From: Gammaproteobacteria bacterium
Lineage (GTDB): Bacteria > Pseudomonadota > Gammaproteobacteria > SZUA-229
Length of the DNA stretch: 64,000 nucleotides
Assembly (NCBI GenBank): GCA_036567985.1
Contig: DATCTK010000012.1
Location: 15,973 to 79,972 of the forward strand
Direction of reading: 5' to 3'
Both the position numbers and the translations under genes were made by a program. Positions 32,447 to 43,800 of this stretch are shown one piece after another; the stretch's first letter is position 1, and every line of letters starts with the position of its first letter. A model generated the notes under the pieces. It was given only the letters and a program-made list of their open reading frames with translations, was not told the origin of the DNA and made no database searches.

Positions 32447-33178
32447 TTGGTTTTTAATGTGCCACATTGTGTGTGGCACAAGTGTGTTACAGCAGTATGC
32501 GCCCGGCTATCACAGTCGGGCGTTCATAATTACAGGCTCTTGATTGAGTCGTTCCAGTAAATTCACCATTAAACCTTAGATGCAGTGTGGCACTGAGCTG
32601 CAAATTACACCTGAGTAACACCCAGTTGCGAAGGCAGGCAGGCGAGTTATGCCTGAAAAAGCTTTTATAGTTAAGGGTTATCAAGCACTCGGTTCCGTGA
32701 GATCAATAGTATGCAATTGTGAACCGGTAATTATCCACTTGAGCCACAACAGTAATCCGTGGCCGATGCCAACTTGGTGAATCAGCTCAGCGTATTGTGT
32801 GCACGGCTTAGCGTCAAAAAAATTATGTGCGTATTGAAGAGAAACGATAACGTCGCTGTTTTCAAAATGACTGATAGTCAGGTGTGATAAGTAAAGCAGG
32901 CGCGGCTAATTTATTAAAAATAAACATTAGTAAATAAGTAGATAATAATACTGATTGATTTTTATACAGGCTTTTATTGATAAATGCCGTTTTGTCTACT
33001 AAAACACTTTAAAACTCTGCGCAAAAGCCTTTAATTGATTGACTTTGCAGGCTTGTTTTGAGAATGTTTGCGGCTCGCTAGGGCAAGCATTTAATCTTTT
33101 CAGATGCCGGGATGTAGGCGTCATTACTATAAAAATACGTTGCTACAAAAACGTATAATTCATTTGAGGATCACAATT

Positions 33179-34510
33179 ATGTCAAGTGGTATTAAGAAGT
33201 CCTTAATAGCCCTATCAGTTTCCGGTGCACTGATTGCACCATCAGCATATGCAACCAACGGTTACTTTGCACACGGTTACAGCACCGCAGAAAAAGGTCT
33301 GGCAGGTGCGGGTGTTGCTTATTCACAGGATGCACTGTCTTCTGCGACCAACCCTGCGGGTCTGGTGAAAGTGGGTGAGCGTCTGGACGTGGGCGGTGCG
33401 ATTTTCAATCCAAATCGTAAGTACACTGCAAGTATGCCAAGTGGTGCGGCGACTATCGGCAATACAGGTTTCCCCGCATTTCCATTAACACCGGGCACCT
33501 ATGAAAGTTCGCACGATTATTTCTTTATTCCGCACATTGCTTATAACTGGATGCTGGATGACACCACAGCGTTTGGTATTGCTGCATACGGTAATGGTGG
33601 TATGAATACAGACTATCAAACTGTTCAAAACCCAAATAATACAACCGGTACATTTGGCGGCGGTAATGCAGGTATTAACCTGTCACAGCTGTTTATCAAT
33701 GCATCCTATGCCAAGCAGATTGACGATAAAAACGCGGTAGGTGCCAGCCTGATTGTGGCTTACCAGATGTTTAAGGCGCATGGCCTGGGTGCATTTGGTC
33801 AACTTGGATTCTCAAATGATCCAGCTAATCTGACAGATAATGGTGATGACACATCTTACGGTTATGGTGTAAAGCTGGGTTGGCAGGGTGACGTGACACC
33901 GGATGTGACACTGGGTGTGTCATACCAGTCCAAAATGTCGATGAGCGAATTTGATGACTATGCCGGTCTATTTGCCGAGCAGGGTGGTTTTGATATTCCT
34001 GCAACCGCTATTATCGGGTTAGCATGGAAGACATCGGATAGGTCTACGTTGGTTGCCGACATTCAGCAGATTTACTACAGCGATGTCGCGTCGATCGGCA
34101 ATGATGGTGTGAATAATCTGTTTGCCTGTGGTATGGCAGGTGGCGCACCCAATGCGTCCTGTCTGGGTGGTTCAAACGGTGCAGGCTTCGGTTATGATGA
34201 CATGACCGTCATCAAGCTGGGTTATGAGTGGCAGCAAAATGATATGACCTGGCGCGTGGGTGTAAGCAATGGCGATCAGCCGATTTCTGATAAAGAAACC
34301 ATGCTGAACATTCTGGCACCAGCGGTTATGGAAACCCATTTAACCTTTGGTTTTACTATGCCTATCAGTGCCAACTCTGAATTTACATTTGCAGGTATGT
34401 ACGCACCAAGCAACTCTGTAGAAGGTCCAACACAGTTTGATAATACACAGACTGTAAAGCTCGAAATGGATCAGTTTGAACTTCAGGGTACCTACACTAT
34501 GAAGTTCTAA
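33179..34510 (+). CDS. OmpP1/FadL/TodX family outer membrane channel
   Basis: Signal peptide, ATNGY...GLAGAG...NPAGL hatch motif, C-terminal Phe; GAGGA RBS. Confidence 0.85.
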   Translation: MSSGIKKSLIALSVSGALIAPSAYATNGYFAHGYSTAEKGLAGAGVAYSQDALSSATNPAGLVKVGERLDVGGAIFNPNRKYTASMPSGAATIGNTGFPAFPLTPGTYESSHDYFFIPHIAYNWMLDDTTAFGIAAYGNGGMNTDYQTVQNPNNTTGTFGGGNAGINLSQLFINASYAKQIDDKNAVGASLIVAYQMFKAHGLGAFGQLGFSNDPANLTDNGDDTSYGYGVKLGWQGDVTPDVTLGVSYQSKMSMSEFDDYAGLFAEQGGFDIPATAIIGLAWKTSDRSTLVADIQQIYYSDVASIGNDGVNNLFACGMAGGAPNASCLGGSNGAGFGYDDMTVIKLGYEWQQNDMTWRVGVSNGDQPISDKETMLNILAPAVMETHLTFGFTMPISANSEFTFAGMYAPSNSVEGPTQFDNTQTVKLEMDQFELQGTYTMKF

Positions 34511-34538
34511 TTTAATTAGACTTTATCAAGTGTTGTGA

Positions 34539-34570
34539 AAAGGCTGCGCAATTATGCGCGGCCTTTTTTT
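34539..34570 (+). terminator. Intrinsic terminator after the FadL-like gene
   Basis: aaaaggctgcgca-atta-tgcgcggccttttttt. Confidence 0.85.
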
Positions 34571-34720
34571 ATATGCTGGATGCATGGTATTTTGCGAGAG
34601 GCATGGATGTCGTTAGTCAAAAGACCAAAGACCAAAGACCAAAGACCAAAGACCAAAGATATGGGTTGAGTCTGTTTGCGTTTATTAGTGTTCATTCGCG
34701 GGCTAGCGCGTTTTCATTTG
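34571..34720 (+). repeat. Terminator-anchored GGA-hairpin repeat, copy C, with (AAAGACC)5 and a degenerate AACGC arm
   Basis: atatgctggatgcatggtattttgcgagaggcatggatgtcgttagtcaaaag closely matches copy E; heptamers 34620-34654. Confidence 0.85.
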
Positions 34721-34777
34721 ATTTGATTTTTTAATTTTTGAAATAAAACCACTGCATTTTAGTGCTGTTTTTATATG

Positions 34778-34795
34778 TATTAGATTTTAATAATA
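34778..34795 (+). promoter_or_regulatory. Candidate operator TATTA-N8-TAATA
   Basis: 18/18 identity with 29408-29425 (reverse complement). Confidence 0.45.
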
Positions 34796-34921
34796 CTCTT
34801 AAATAGATGGATAAAAGATTTTTACGTTGACAACTAGTGCGGCGGACGTTTATTTTTACCGCGCGTTACTTTTGCGTGGTTCTAAATAAAATACCTTATT
34901 TGAAAGGGGACGGAGTTTAAA

Positions 34922-35848
34922 ATGAAGATCAAATCACTAACAAGAATAGCCATGGTTATGTTATTCAGTATGGCGGCGATGACTGCGCAGGCGGCTGAAA
35001 AATTATTGCCTTTCGCACTGGCGTCTAATGATGCGGGTTCAATTGCCGATAAACTGGATGCAACTAAAGCGGCATTAACAGAAAACGGTTTTGATATTGC
35101 GGGCGAATATTCACCTTATTCTACAGCGCACATTATTGTTGTAACCAATGACGAGCTGAAAAAGGCCGGTGCCACACATGACCGTGCAGGTTACATTGCA
35201 GCACAGCGTGTTGCGTTAACCGAGCTTGATGGCAAAGTACAGGTTTCCTACACCAATCCCGCGTATATGGCCTATGCCTACCATGTGAATGACGCGCTGC
35301 CAAAGACAAGCGCAGCACTTAAAGCAGCACTGGGTCACGTGCAGGATTTCGGCCCCAAAAAAGGCATGAATGAAAAAGAGCTGAACAAGTATCACTACAC
35401 CTTCGGCATGGAATACTTCGATGAGCCATGGGAACTGGCGTCAAAAGGCAGTCATCAGGACATGGTGTCTACCATCGAGAAAAACCTCAAAGCAGGTAAA
35501 TCCGGTGCCGGCCAGGTATACAAGATCAGCATCCCAGGTACGTCACAGGTTCTGTTCGGTGTTTCCATGAAAGCGCCTGAAGAAGGTAAGAAATACATGG
35601 ATGAAACCTTCATTATGAGTGAAATCGACTTCAAACCTCTGCGTTCAACTGCGCATCTGCCCTATGAAATACTGGTTAAGGGTGAGGAAGCGGAAGCACT
35701 TCACGCACGTTTCCGTATCGCGATTAACTTCCCAGACCTGTCTATGATGGGTAGCAACAGCTTTATGAACATCATGCCAACACCGGATGCGATTCGCGCG
35801 GTATTGACCGATGTGGCTGGCGGTAAAATCAGTGATGATTTCTTCTAA
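34922..35848 (+). CDS. Periplasmic protein, probably tandem DUF302-like domains
   Basis: Sec signal peptide; RVALTELDGKVQVSYTNP and HLPYEILV resemble DUF302 core motifs. Confidence 0.6.
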   Translation: MKIKSLTRIAMVMLFSMAAMTAQAAEKLLPFALASNDAGSIADKLDATKAALTENGFDIAGEYSPYSTAHIIVVTNDELKKAGATHDRAGYIAAQRVALTELDGKVQVSYTNPAYMAYAYHVNDALPKTSAALKAALGHVQDFGPKKGMNEKELNKYHYTFGMEYFDEPWELASKGSHQDMVSTIEKNLKAGKSGAGQVYKISIPGTSQVLFGVSMKAPEEGKKYMDETFIMSEIDFKPLRSTAHLPYEILVKGEEAEALHARFRIAINFPDLSMMGSNSFMNIMPTPDAIRAVLTDVAGGKISDDFF

Positions 35849-35872
35849 TTTGTAGAAATTACGACTGTTAGC

Positions 35873-35904
35873 AAAAGCCCGGCTATATGTCGGGCTTTTT
35901 TGTT
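35873..35904 (+). terminator. Intrinsic terminator
   Basis: aaaagcccggc-tatat-gtcgggcttttttgtt. Confidence 0.85.
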
Positions 35905-35981
35905 ATGCACAGGACGTGCGGTATTCCGCGAGAGGCAGGGAAGCAGTCGTTGGTCGTTAGTCGAGCGTCATTCGTCAAAAG
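35905..35981 (+). repeat. Terminator-anchored GGA-hairpin repeat, copy D
   Basis: atgcacaggacgtgcggtattccgcgagaggcagggaagcagtcgttggtcgttagtcg. Confidence 0.85.
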
Positions 35982-36208
35982 CCGGGAGATTGATACTGGC
36001 TAAACGGAGGCTTTGCCTGATTTGGCGCCGGCCTTATAAAACTTGCGTGTATTGGCGGGCCAAAGCAGTTTAAGCTGTTAAATCGCTGGATGAACAAAGA
36101 GTGATGACCTGCTTCCTAAAGTAGGTTACACTTTGCGGCTTGCATATTGCTATGCGAAATCAAAAGTCCATGATTTATAAGGTTTTTTAAGGTTTGGAGA
36201 CATCTAAG

Positions 36209-37915
36209 GTGGAAATGACCGGTGCAGAAATCGTTGTTCAGAGCCTGATTGAGGAAGGCGTCGAGCACCTGTTTGGTTATCCTGGTGGTGCGGTATTGCA
36301 TATATACGACGCACTCTACAAGCAGGACAAGCTGCAGCATATACTGGTGCGCCATGAACAGGCGGCTACCCATGCTGCGGATGGCTATGCGCGCAGCACA
36401 GGTAAGCCCGGTGTGGTGCTGGTCACCTCCGGCCCGGGCGCGACCAATGCGGTGACCGGCATTGCCACCGCCTATATGGACTCCATCCCCATGGTGGTAC
36501 TGACCGGCCAGGTGCCCCGTGCACTGATTGGTAATGATGCCTTCCAGGAAGTGGACTCGGTGGGGATTACCCGTCCGGTGGTAAAACACAATTTCCTGGT
36601 GGAAGACATCAGCCAGCTGGCGGAAGTCATCAAGAAAGCATTTTATGTAGCCACCACCGGTCGTCCAGGCCCCGTGGTAGTGGATATTCCCAAGGATATC
36701 ACCACCCATAAAATCGAATTTGTATACCCGCGCGAAATCAAAATGCGCTCCTATAACCCGGAGGTTCCATCGATCACTGGCCTGGGTGAGCAGCTCAAGC
36801 AGGCCTATGAGCTGATTATGGACGCCAGGAAACCGATGATTTACACCGGTGGCGGGGTTATCCTGAGTAACGCCAGCGAACAGCTGGTTAAATTTTCCCA
36901 GTTGCTGGGTGCGCCGGTGACCAATACCCTGATGGGCCTGGGCGCCTATCCGGCAAACGACAGGCAGTTTGTCGGCATGCTGGGAATGCACGGTACCTAT
37001 GAAGCCAATATGAGTATGCATCACAGTGATGTGCTGATTGCGATTGGTGCGCGCTTTGATGACCGGGTAACCGGGAACCTGGAAAAATTCTGTCCCGATG
37101 CGCGCATTGTGCATATTGATATTGATCCGGCCTCGATCTCCAAAAACGTTAAAGTCGATGTACCCATTGTGGGTGATGTGGGCGAGGTGCTGGATGAGCT
37201 GATCAAGCTGATTGAGGCCTCGGATCAGCGCCTGGAAAGCGGTGCATTGAGTTCATGGTGGCAGCAGATCGATGAGTGGCGAGCACAGGACTGCCTGAAA
37301 TACAATGCCAACAGCGGCACCATCAAGCCCCAGTATGTGATCCAGAAGCTACATGAAGTGACCGAAGGCAATGCCTTTGTTACCTCCGATGTGGGCCAGC
37401 ACCAGATGTTTGCTGCGCAGTATTACGGCTTTAATAAACCGCGTCGCTGGATAAATTCCGGCGGGCTGGGCACCATGGGCTTTGGTCTGCCTGCGGCGAT
37501 GGGTGTGCAGCTGGCACACCCCGGCGCACAGGTTGCCTGTGTTACCGGTGAAGGCAGTATCCAGATGTGTATTCAGGAGCTTTCAACCTGTTCACAGTAC
37601 AACCTGCCGGTAAAGATCATCAACCTGAACAATGGTTACCTGGGCATGGTGCGCCAGTGGCAGGAGTTTTTCTATGAAAGACGCTATGCCAGTTCCTATA
37701 TGGAATCACTGCCGGATTTTGTTGCCCTGGCTGAGGCCTATGGCCATGTGGGCATGCGTATCGATAAAATTGAAGACGTGGTGCCTGCGTTACAGGATGC
37801 CTATGGCAAATATAAAGATCGCGTGGTGTTTATCGACTTTATGATTGATCGCGAAGAAAACGTTTATCCTATGATTCCTGCGGGTGCAGGGCTTAACGAA
37901 ATGATTCTGATTTAG
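36209..37915 (+). CDS. ilvI: Acetolactate synthase large subunit
   Basis: GYPGG, RHEQ, TSGPGATN, GEGS TPP motif; GTG 36209 with GGAGA RBS. Confidence 0.95.
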   Translation: MEMTGAEIVVQSLIEEGVEHLFGYPGGAVLHIYDALYKQDKLQHILVRHEQAATHAADGYARSTGKPGVVLVTSGPGATNAVTGIATAYMDSIPMVVLTGQVPRALIGNDAFQEVDSVGITRPVVKHNFLVEDISQLAEVIKKAFYVATTGRPGPVVVDIPKDITTHKIEFVYPREIKMRSYNPEVPSITGLGEQLKQAYELIMDARKPMIYTGGGVILSNASEQLVKFSQLLGAPVTNTLMGLGAYPANDRQFVGMLGMHGTYEANMSMHHSDVLIAIGARFDDRVTGNLEKFCPDARIVHIDIDPASISKNVKVDVPIVGDVGEVLDELIKLIEASDQRLESGALSSWWQQIDEWRAQDCLKYNANSGTIKPQYVIQKLHEVTEGNAFVTSDVGQHQMFAAQYYGFNKPRRWINSGGLGTMGFGLPAAMGVQLAHPGAQVACVTGEGSIQMCIQELSTCSQYNLPVKIINLNNGYLGMVRQWQEFFYERRYASSYMESLPDFVALAEAYGHVGMRIDKIEDVVPALQDAYGKYKDRVVFIDFMIDREENVYPMIPAGAGLNEMILI

Positions 37916-37916
37916 T

Positions 37917-39463
<1,547 letters not shown>

Positions 39464-39506
39464 TTGTCTGTACACAGAGCAGCGTAAAGCGTTGCACAAT
39501 CCATGA

Positions 39507-39541
39507 AAACAACAAAGGGGCGTATTGCCCCTTTGTTGTTT
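39507..39541 (+). terminator. Terminator after ilvC
   Basis: aacaacaaagggg-cgtattg-cccctttgttgtt. Confidence 0.75.
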
Positions 39542-39669
39542 CTGCAGGGATTTCAATCTGTGGTTAGCCATGTCTGGTAGCCGTAAACACAAGTAAAAAT
39601 TGGAAATTGTTGCCATGTCTTTTACACTTGCTACTCACGGATCAATCACAGAGTAATCTAAACCAGCCT

Positions 39670-40482
39670 ATGAAACAGAATTCAAAAGTGGCCTATCACC
39701 GCAGAGGCATTTACCTGCTGCCCAATATCTTCACCACGGCAGCGATGTTCGGTGGCTTTTATGCCATTGTCGCCTCGATGAACGGACAGTTCGAAAAAGC
39801 CGCGCTGGCGATTTTTATTGCCATGATCCTGGACGGCGTGGATGGTCGCGTGGCGCGTATGACCAATACGCAAAGCGAGTTTGGCGCACAGTACGACAGC
39901 CTGTCGGATATGGTGTCATTTGGCATAGCCCCGGCACTGGTGATGTATCAATGGTCCCTGGCCAGTATGGTGGACCTGGGCTGGCAATGGGGCAAGCTGG
40001 GCTGGCTGGCGGCGTTTATCTACACCGCCTGTGCGGCGATGCGGCTGGCACGGTTTAACACCCAGCTGGGTGTGGCCGACAAGCGCTATTTCCAGGGCTT
40101 GCCCAGTCCCTCGGCCGCTGCAGTGGTGGCGGGTCTGGTCTGGGTCGGGGCGAATAACTCGGTACCCGGTGCCGATGTGGCCTTTTTTACCCTGCCATTG
40201 ATGATAGCGCTGGGCCTGCTGATGATGAGTAATGTGCTCTATTACAGCTTCAAGGACGTGCATTTCAAGGGGCGTGTACCGTTTATCTCGCTGGTGGCGG
40301 TGGTGCTGGTGCTGGCGCTGGTGGCCGTTGAGACCTCCAAGGTGCTGTTCCTGGGATTTGCGCTTTATACCCTGTCGGGGCCGGTACTGAGCCTGTTGCG
40401 TAAGGTGCGTAAACTGAGCAAAAAGACCGATATCGGCAGTGATGCAGGCAATGGGACAGGGAATGATGGGGATAAGGGTTAA
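39670..40482 (+). CDS. pssA: CDP-diacylglycerol-serine O-phosphatidyltransferase
   Basis: DGVDGRVAR...FGAQYDSLSDMVSFG motif, RLARFN, FQGLPSP. Confidence 0.92.
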   Translation: MKQNSKVAYHRRGIYLLPNIFTTAAMFGGFYAIVASMNGQFEKAALAIFIAMILDGVDGRVARMTNTQSEFGAQYDSLSDMVSFGIAPALVMYQWSLASMVDLGWQWGKLGWLAAFIYTACAAMRLARFNTQLGVADKRYFQGLPSPSAAAVVAGLVWVGANNSVPGADVAFFTLPLMIALGLLMMSNVLYYSFKDVHFKGRVPFISLVAVVLVLALVAVETSKVLFLGFALYTLSGPVLSLLRKVRKLSKKTDIGSDAGNGTGNDGDKG

Positions 40483-40556
40483 AAAAGCCCTTGGCAAAAA
40501 CAGATGAAATCGCTATAGTTTTAAACGTAGACAACACATATACACATTTAAGTATT

Positions 40557-40676
40557 ATGAATTTAAACAGAGCACACAATGCGTTACCGCAAGCCGCCTG
40601 CAAGCCATTTGCATGCGCTGCTCTGTCCTGCCTGTGTCTACGTCCTCTACATGCGCTCTCACTGCTGCTGCCGTAA
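40557..40676 (+). CDS. Putative leucine-rich leader peptide of leuA
   Basis: 39 aa ending LSCLCLRPLHALSLLLP with two rare CTA codons, 100 bp before leuA. Confidence 0.6.
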   Translation: MNLNRAHNALPQAACKPFACAALSCLCLRPLHALSLLLP

Positions 40677-40776
40677 GGCAGTTATCAAGTTCTGGCGAGG
40701 CGAAATACGCATAACAACACCCGAATTCCACAGGATACATTTAATACGGTATCCCGCTGATTAGCAGGACAGATTC

Positions 40777-42327
40777 ATGAGTAAAGACAAGTTAATTATA
40801 TTTGATACCACCTTGCGTGATGGCGAGCAGAGCCCCGGCGCGTCCATGACCAAAGACGAGAAAGTGCACATTGCCAAGGCGCTGGAGCGGATGCGGGTTG
40901 ACGTGATCGAGGCCGGATTCCCGATTGCCTCCCAGGGGGACTTCGAGGCGGTACAGGCGGTGGCCGAGGCGGTAAAGGACAGCACCGTATGCGGCCTGTC
41001 CCGTGCCCTGGAGCGTGATATCAGCCGTGCCGGTGAAGCACTGAAAAAGGCCAATTCGTCGCGTATTCACACCTTTATCGCCACATCGCCGATTCATATG
41101 GAAATGAAACTGCGCATGCAGCCGGATGATGTGTTGAAGCAGGCGGTGCAGGCAGTCAAAACCGCGCGCAAGTTCACCGACAATGTGGAGTTCTCGCCGG
41201 AAGATGCGGGTCGCTCCGAGCTGGATTTCCTCTGCCGTGTGATTGAAGCGGTGATCGATGCCGGTGCCCGCACCATTAATATTCCCGATACCGTGGGCTA
41301 TAACCTGCCTAACCAGTTCGGCACCTTGATCAAAAATTTGCGCGAACGCATCCCCAATTCCGACAAGGCCATCTTCTCGGTGCACTGTCACAATGACCTG
41401 GGGCTGGCGGTAGCCAACTCATTATCGGCGGTACAGAATGGCGCGCGCCAGGTGGAGTGCACCATTAATGGCCTGGGTGAGCGCGCCGGTAATGCGGCGC
41501 TGGAAGAAATCGTTATGGCGGTGCGCACCCGCCAGGACCTGTTTGATTGCGACACCACGCTGGATACCACACAGATCATGTCCTGCTCCAAGCTGGTGTC
41601 GGGCATTACCGGCTTCCCGGTGCAGCCCAACAAGGCGATTGTGGGTGCCAATGCCTTTGCCCATGAGTCCGGCATCCACCAGGACGGCGTACTCAAGAAC
41701 CGCGAAACCTATGAGATTATGCGCGCCCAGGATGTGGGCTGGAATGAAACCCAGATTGTGCTGGGCAAGCACTCCGGTCGCAATGCCCTGCGCAGCCGTC
41801 TCAAGGAACTGAATATTCTGGTCGATTCGGAAGAAGAGCTGAACCATGTGTTTGCCCGCTTTAAGGCGCTGGCAGACAAGAAGCATGAAATTTTCGATGA
41901 AGACCTGCAGACACTGGTGGCGGATGCCAGCTGGGATGCGGAAAACGAGAAGTACAAGCTGGTGAGCCTGAAAGTCTGCTCGGAAACCGGCGAAACACCC
42001 ATGGCGGATGTGGTGGTTCAGGTGAATGGCAAGGAACAGAGCGCTTCCGAGTCGGGCAGTGGTCCAGTAGATGCCGCCTTCAAGGCAATTGAAAACATCG
42101 TGCACAGCCAGACCGAGCTGAAACTCTACTCGGTCAACAATATCACCAGTGGCACAGATTCCCAGGGTGAGGTATCGGTTCGCCTGTCGAAAAACGGCAA
42201 GATCGTCAATGGCCAGGGTGCGGACACCGATATTGTTATCGCCTCTGCCAAGGCCTATATCAATGCGCTGAACCGCATTGTGGTGATGGAAAAAGAACGT
42301 GAGCACCCGCAGCTGGGTGATGTCTAG
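40777..42327 (+). CDS. leuA: 2-isopropylmalate synthase
   Basis: [33 protein letters not shown]. Confidence 0.97.
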   Translation: MSKDKLIIFDTTLRDGEQSPGASMTKDEKVHIAKALERMRVDVIEAGFPIASQGDFEAVQAVAEAVKDSTVCGLSRALERDISRAGEALKKANSSRIHTFIATSPIHMEMKLRMQPDDVLKQAVQAVKTARKFTDNVEFSPEDAGRSELDFLCRVIEAVIDAGARTINIPDTVGYNLPNQFGTLIKNLRERIPNSDKAIFSVHCHNDLGLAVANSLSAVQNGARQVECTINGLGERAGNAALEEIVMAVRTRQDLFDCDTTLDTTQIMSCSKLVSGITGFPVQPNKAIVGANAFAHESGIHQDGVLKNRETYEIMRAQDVGWNETQIVLGKHSGRNALRSRLKELNILVDSEEELNHVFARFKALADKKHEIFDEDLQTLVADASWDAENEKYKLVSLKVCSETGETPMADVVVQVNGKEQSASESGSGPVDAAFKAIENIVHSQTELKLYSVNNITSGTDSQGEVSVRLSKNGKIVNGQGADTDIVIASAKAYINALNRIVVMEKEREHPQLGDV

Positions 42328-42330
42328 GCG

Positions 42331-43197
42331 GTGAGTGACTCCTCGGCTGTAACACAACGGACTCCGCCTGCAGGCCAGCGCCCGCTGGCGGAGTCGTTAC
42401 GCCAGCAATACCTTGCTGCCATGGGCATTCAGGTCTGGTATGACCCGATGCAGCCTGTGCCTGTCCAGGGGGAGTCTGCCGCCGATATGGGGGATTCGAG
42501 CTCAGCAGCGGCTGAAGCAGCCTCAACGCAGGTGACAGAACCTGATGTGCAGCACCCGCCACAAGCGGCACCGCTTTCTCCATCAGATACTGTGACTGAT
42601 ACACCTGCGAGTGATATGCCCCTGGCTGATCTGCAACCGGCGCAACGTCAGCTCACGCTTGCCCAGCTCAATACACAGATCGAACAGTGTCAGCTGTGTG
42701 AACTGCACGCCAGCCGTGCCCATGCAGTATGTGGCGAGGGGAGTGCTGACGCGCGCCTGCTGATTATCAGCGATGCGCCGATCAGTGATCGGGCGCAGGA
42801 TGCACTGTTTGATGCAGCGGAAAAAAAGCTGTTGCAGGGCATGTTGCAGGCGATTGGCCTGGATCTGTCGCAGGTGTATCTCACCAGCCTGGTTAAATGT
42901 ATGCCGCCGCAGCGGGCACCCTATACCTCGGAAATGATCTGCTGTGATGACCACCTGAGTGCACAGATTAAACTGATACAGCCGGCGGCGATTATGCTGC
43001 TGGGTGAGCAGGCCAGTCGCCAGTTGCTGGTGAGCCAGAAGTCACTCACGGATTTGCGCCAGCGACATCACCAGCATCTCGGGGTGCCGGTGTATGCGTC
43101 CTATCATCCCCGCGACCTGCTGGGCTCGGCGCAGAACAAGCGCAAAGTCTGGCAGGATCTGCTACAAATAAAGCATCGTTTAACAACAGCTACATAG
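42331..43197 (+). CDS. Family-4 uracil-DNA glycosylase-like protein with a Pol III psi-like N-terminus
   Basis: RQQYLAAMGIQVW, low-complexity linker, CQLC...VKC...CC Fe-S ligands, YHP; catalytic motif A degenerate. Confidence 0.75.
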   Translation: MSDSSAVTQRTPPAGQRPLAESLRQQYLAAMGIQVWYDPMQPVPVQGESAADMGDSSSAAAEAASTQVTEPDVQHPPQAAPLSPSDTVTDTPASDMPLADLQPAQRQLTLAQLNTQIEQCQLCELHASRAHAVCGEGSADARLLIISDAPISDRAQDALFDAAEKKLLQGMLQAIGLDLSQVYLTSLVKCMPPQRAPYTSEMICCDDHLSAQIKLIQPAAIMLLGEQASRQLLVSQKSLTDLRQRHHQHLGVPVYASYHPRDLLGSAQNKRKVWQDLLQIKHRLTTAT

Positions 43198-43199
43198 AC

Positions 43200-43694
43200 A
43201 TGGCAGTAAATCCCGATATTGATCTGGCCAACGGCTTTCGCAAAATGACTCTGGGCGATGTACCGGAGATTATGCAAATCGAGGAATCGATTTATAGTCA
43301 CCCCTGGACCGAAGGCATCTTTGGCGACTGTATCCGCGTGGGTTATCCCTGCTGGGTGTACAGGGAGAACAACGAAATTCTTGCCTATGGACTGGTGTCG
43401 GTTGCTGCCAATGAAGCGCATATTCTGAACCTGTGTGTCAGTCCTCATGCGCAGGGGCGAGGGCTGGGTAAACGCATGTTGCATAAGCTGATGCAGCTGG
43501 CCGAAGCGCGGGATGCGGACTGTATTTTTCTTGAAGTCAGGGTGTCTAACACCATTGCGCAAAACCTGTATGAGCAGGAAGGTTTTAACCATATCGGTGT
43601 CAGAAAAGCCTATTACCCCTCCAGCGAAGGTCGTGAAGATGCACTGGTATATGCCAAAGCGCTTAATCTCGACAAGCTCAGCCCTGTCTCATAG
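43200..43694 (+). CDS. rimI: Ribosomal protein S18 alanine N-acetyltransferase
   Basis: HPW, EAHILNLCV, QGRGLG, FLEVRVSN, RKAYY, REDA. Confidence 0.92.
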   Translation: MAVNPDIDLANGFRKMTLGDVPEIMQIEESIYSHPWTEGIFGDCIRVGYPCWVYRENNEILAYGLVSVAANEAHILNLCVSPHAQGRGLGKRMLHKLMQLAEARDADCIFLEVRVSNTIAQNLYEQEGFNHIGVRKAYYPSSEGREDALVYAKALNLDKLSPVS

Positions 43695-43800
43695 TCGTGG
43701 TTCTGATTTTCCTGTGTAAATAGTTTGTCGCCGTCTGCTTCAGGGCAGCGGATCATGTATAATTCCCGCACATTTTTAAAGCCTGATTGAACCCGATATT

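Noticed and set aside
32586-32602. Sigma54 promoter tggcactgagctgca
   Set aside because: GG-GC spacing is 9 nt rather than the required 10
35914-35918. GTGCG within the repeat as a group II intron 5' end
   Set aside because: No domain V/VI or RT gene; the motif is part of a GCAC/GTGC hairpin stem and lies 9 nt inside the element
36090-36190. Attenuator leader peptide for ilvIH
   Set aside because: The short ORFs there are not enriched in Ile/Leu/Val codons and there is no terminator/antiterminator pair
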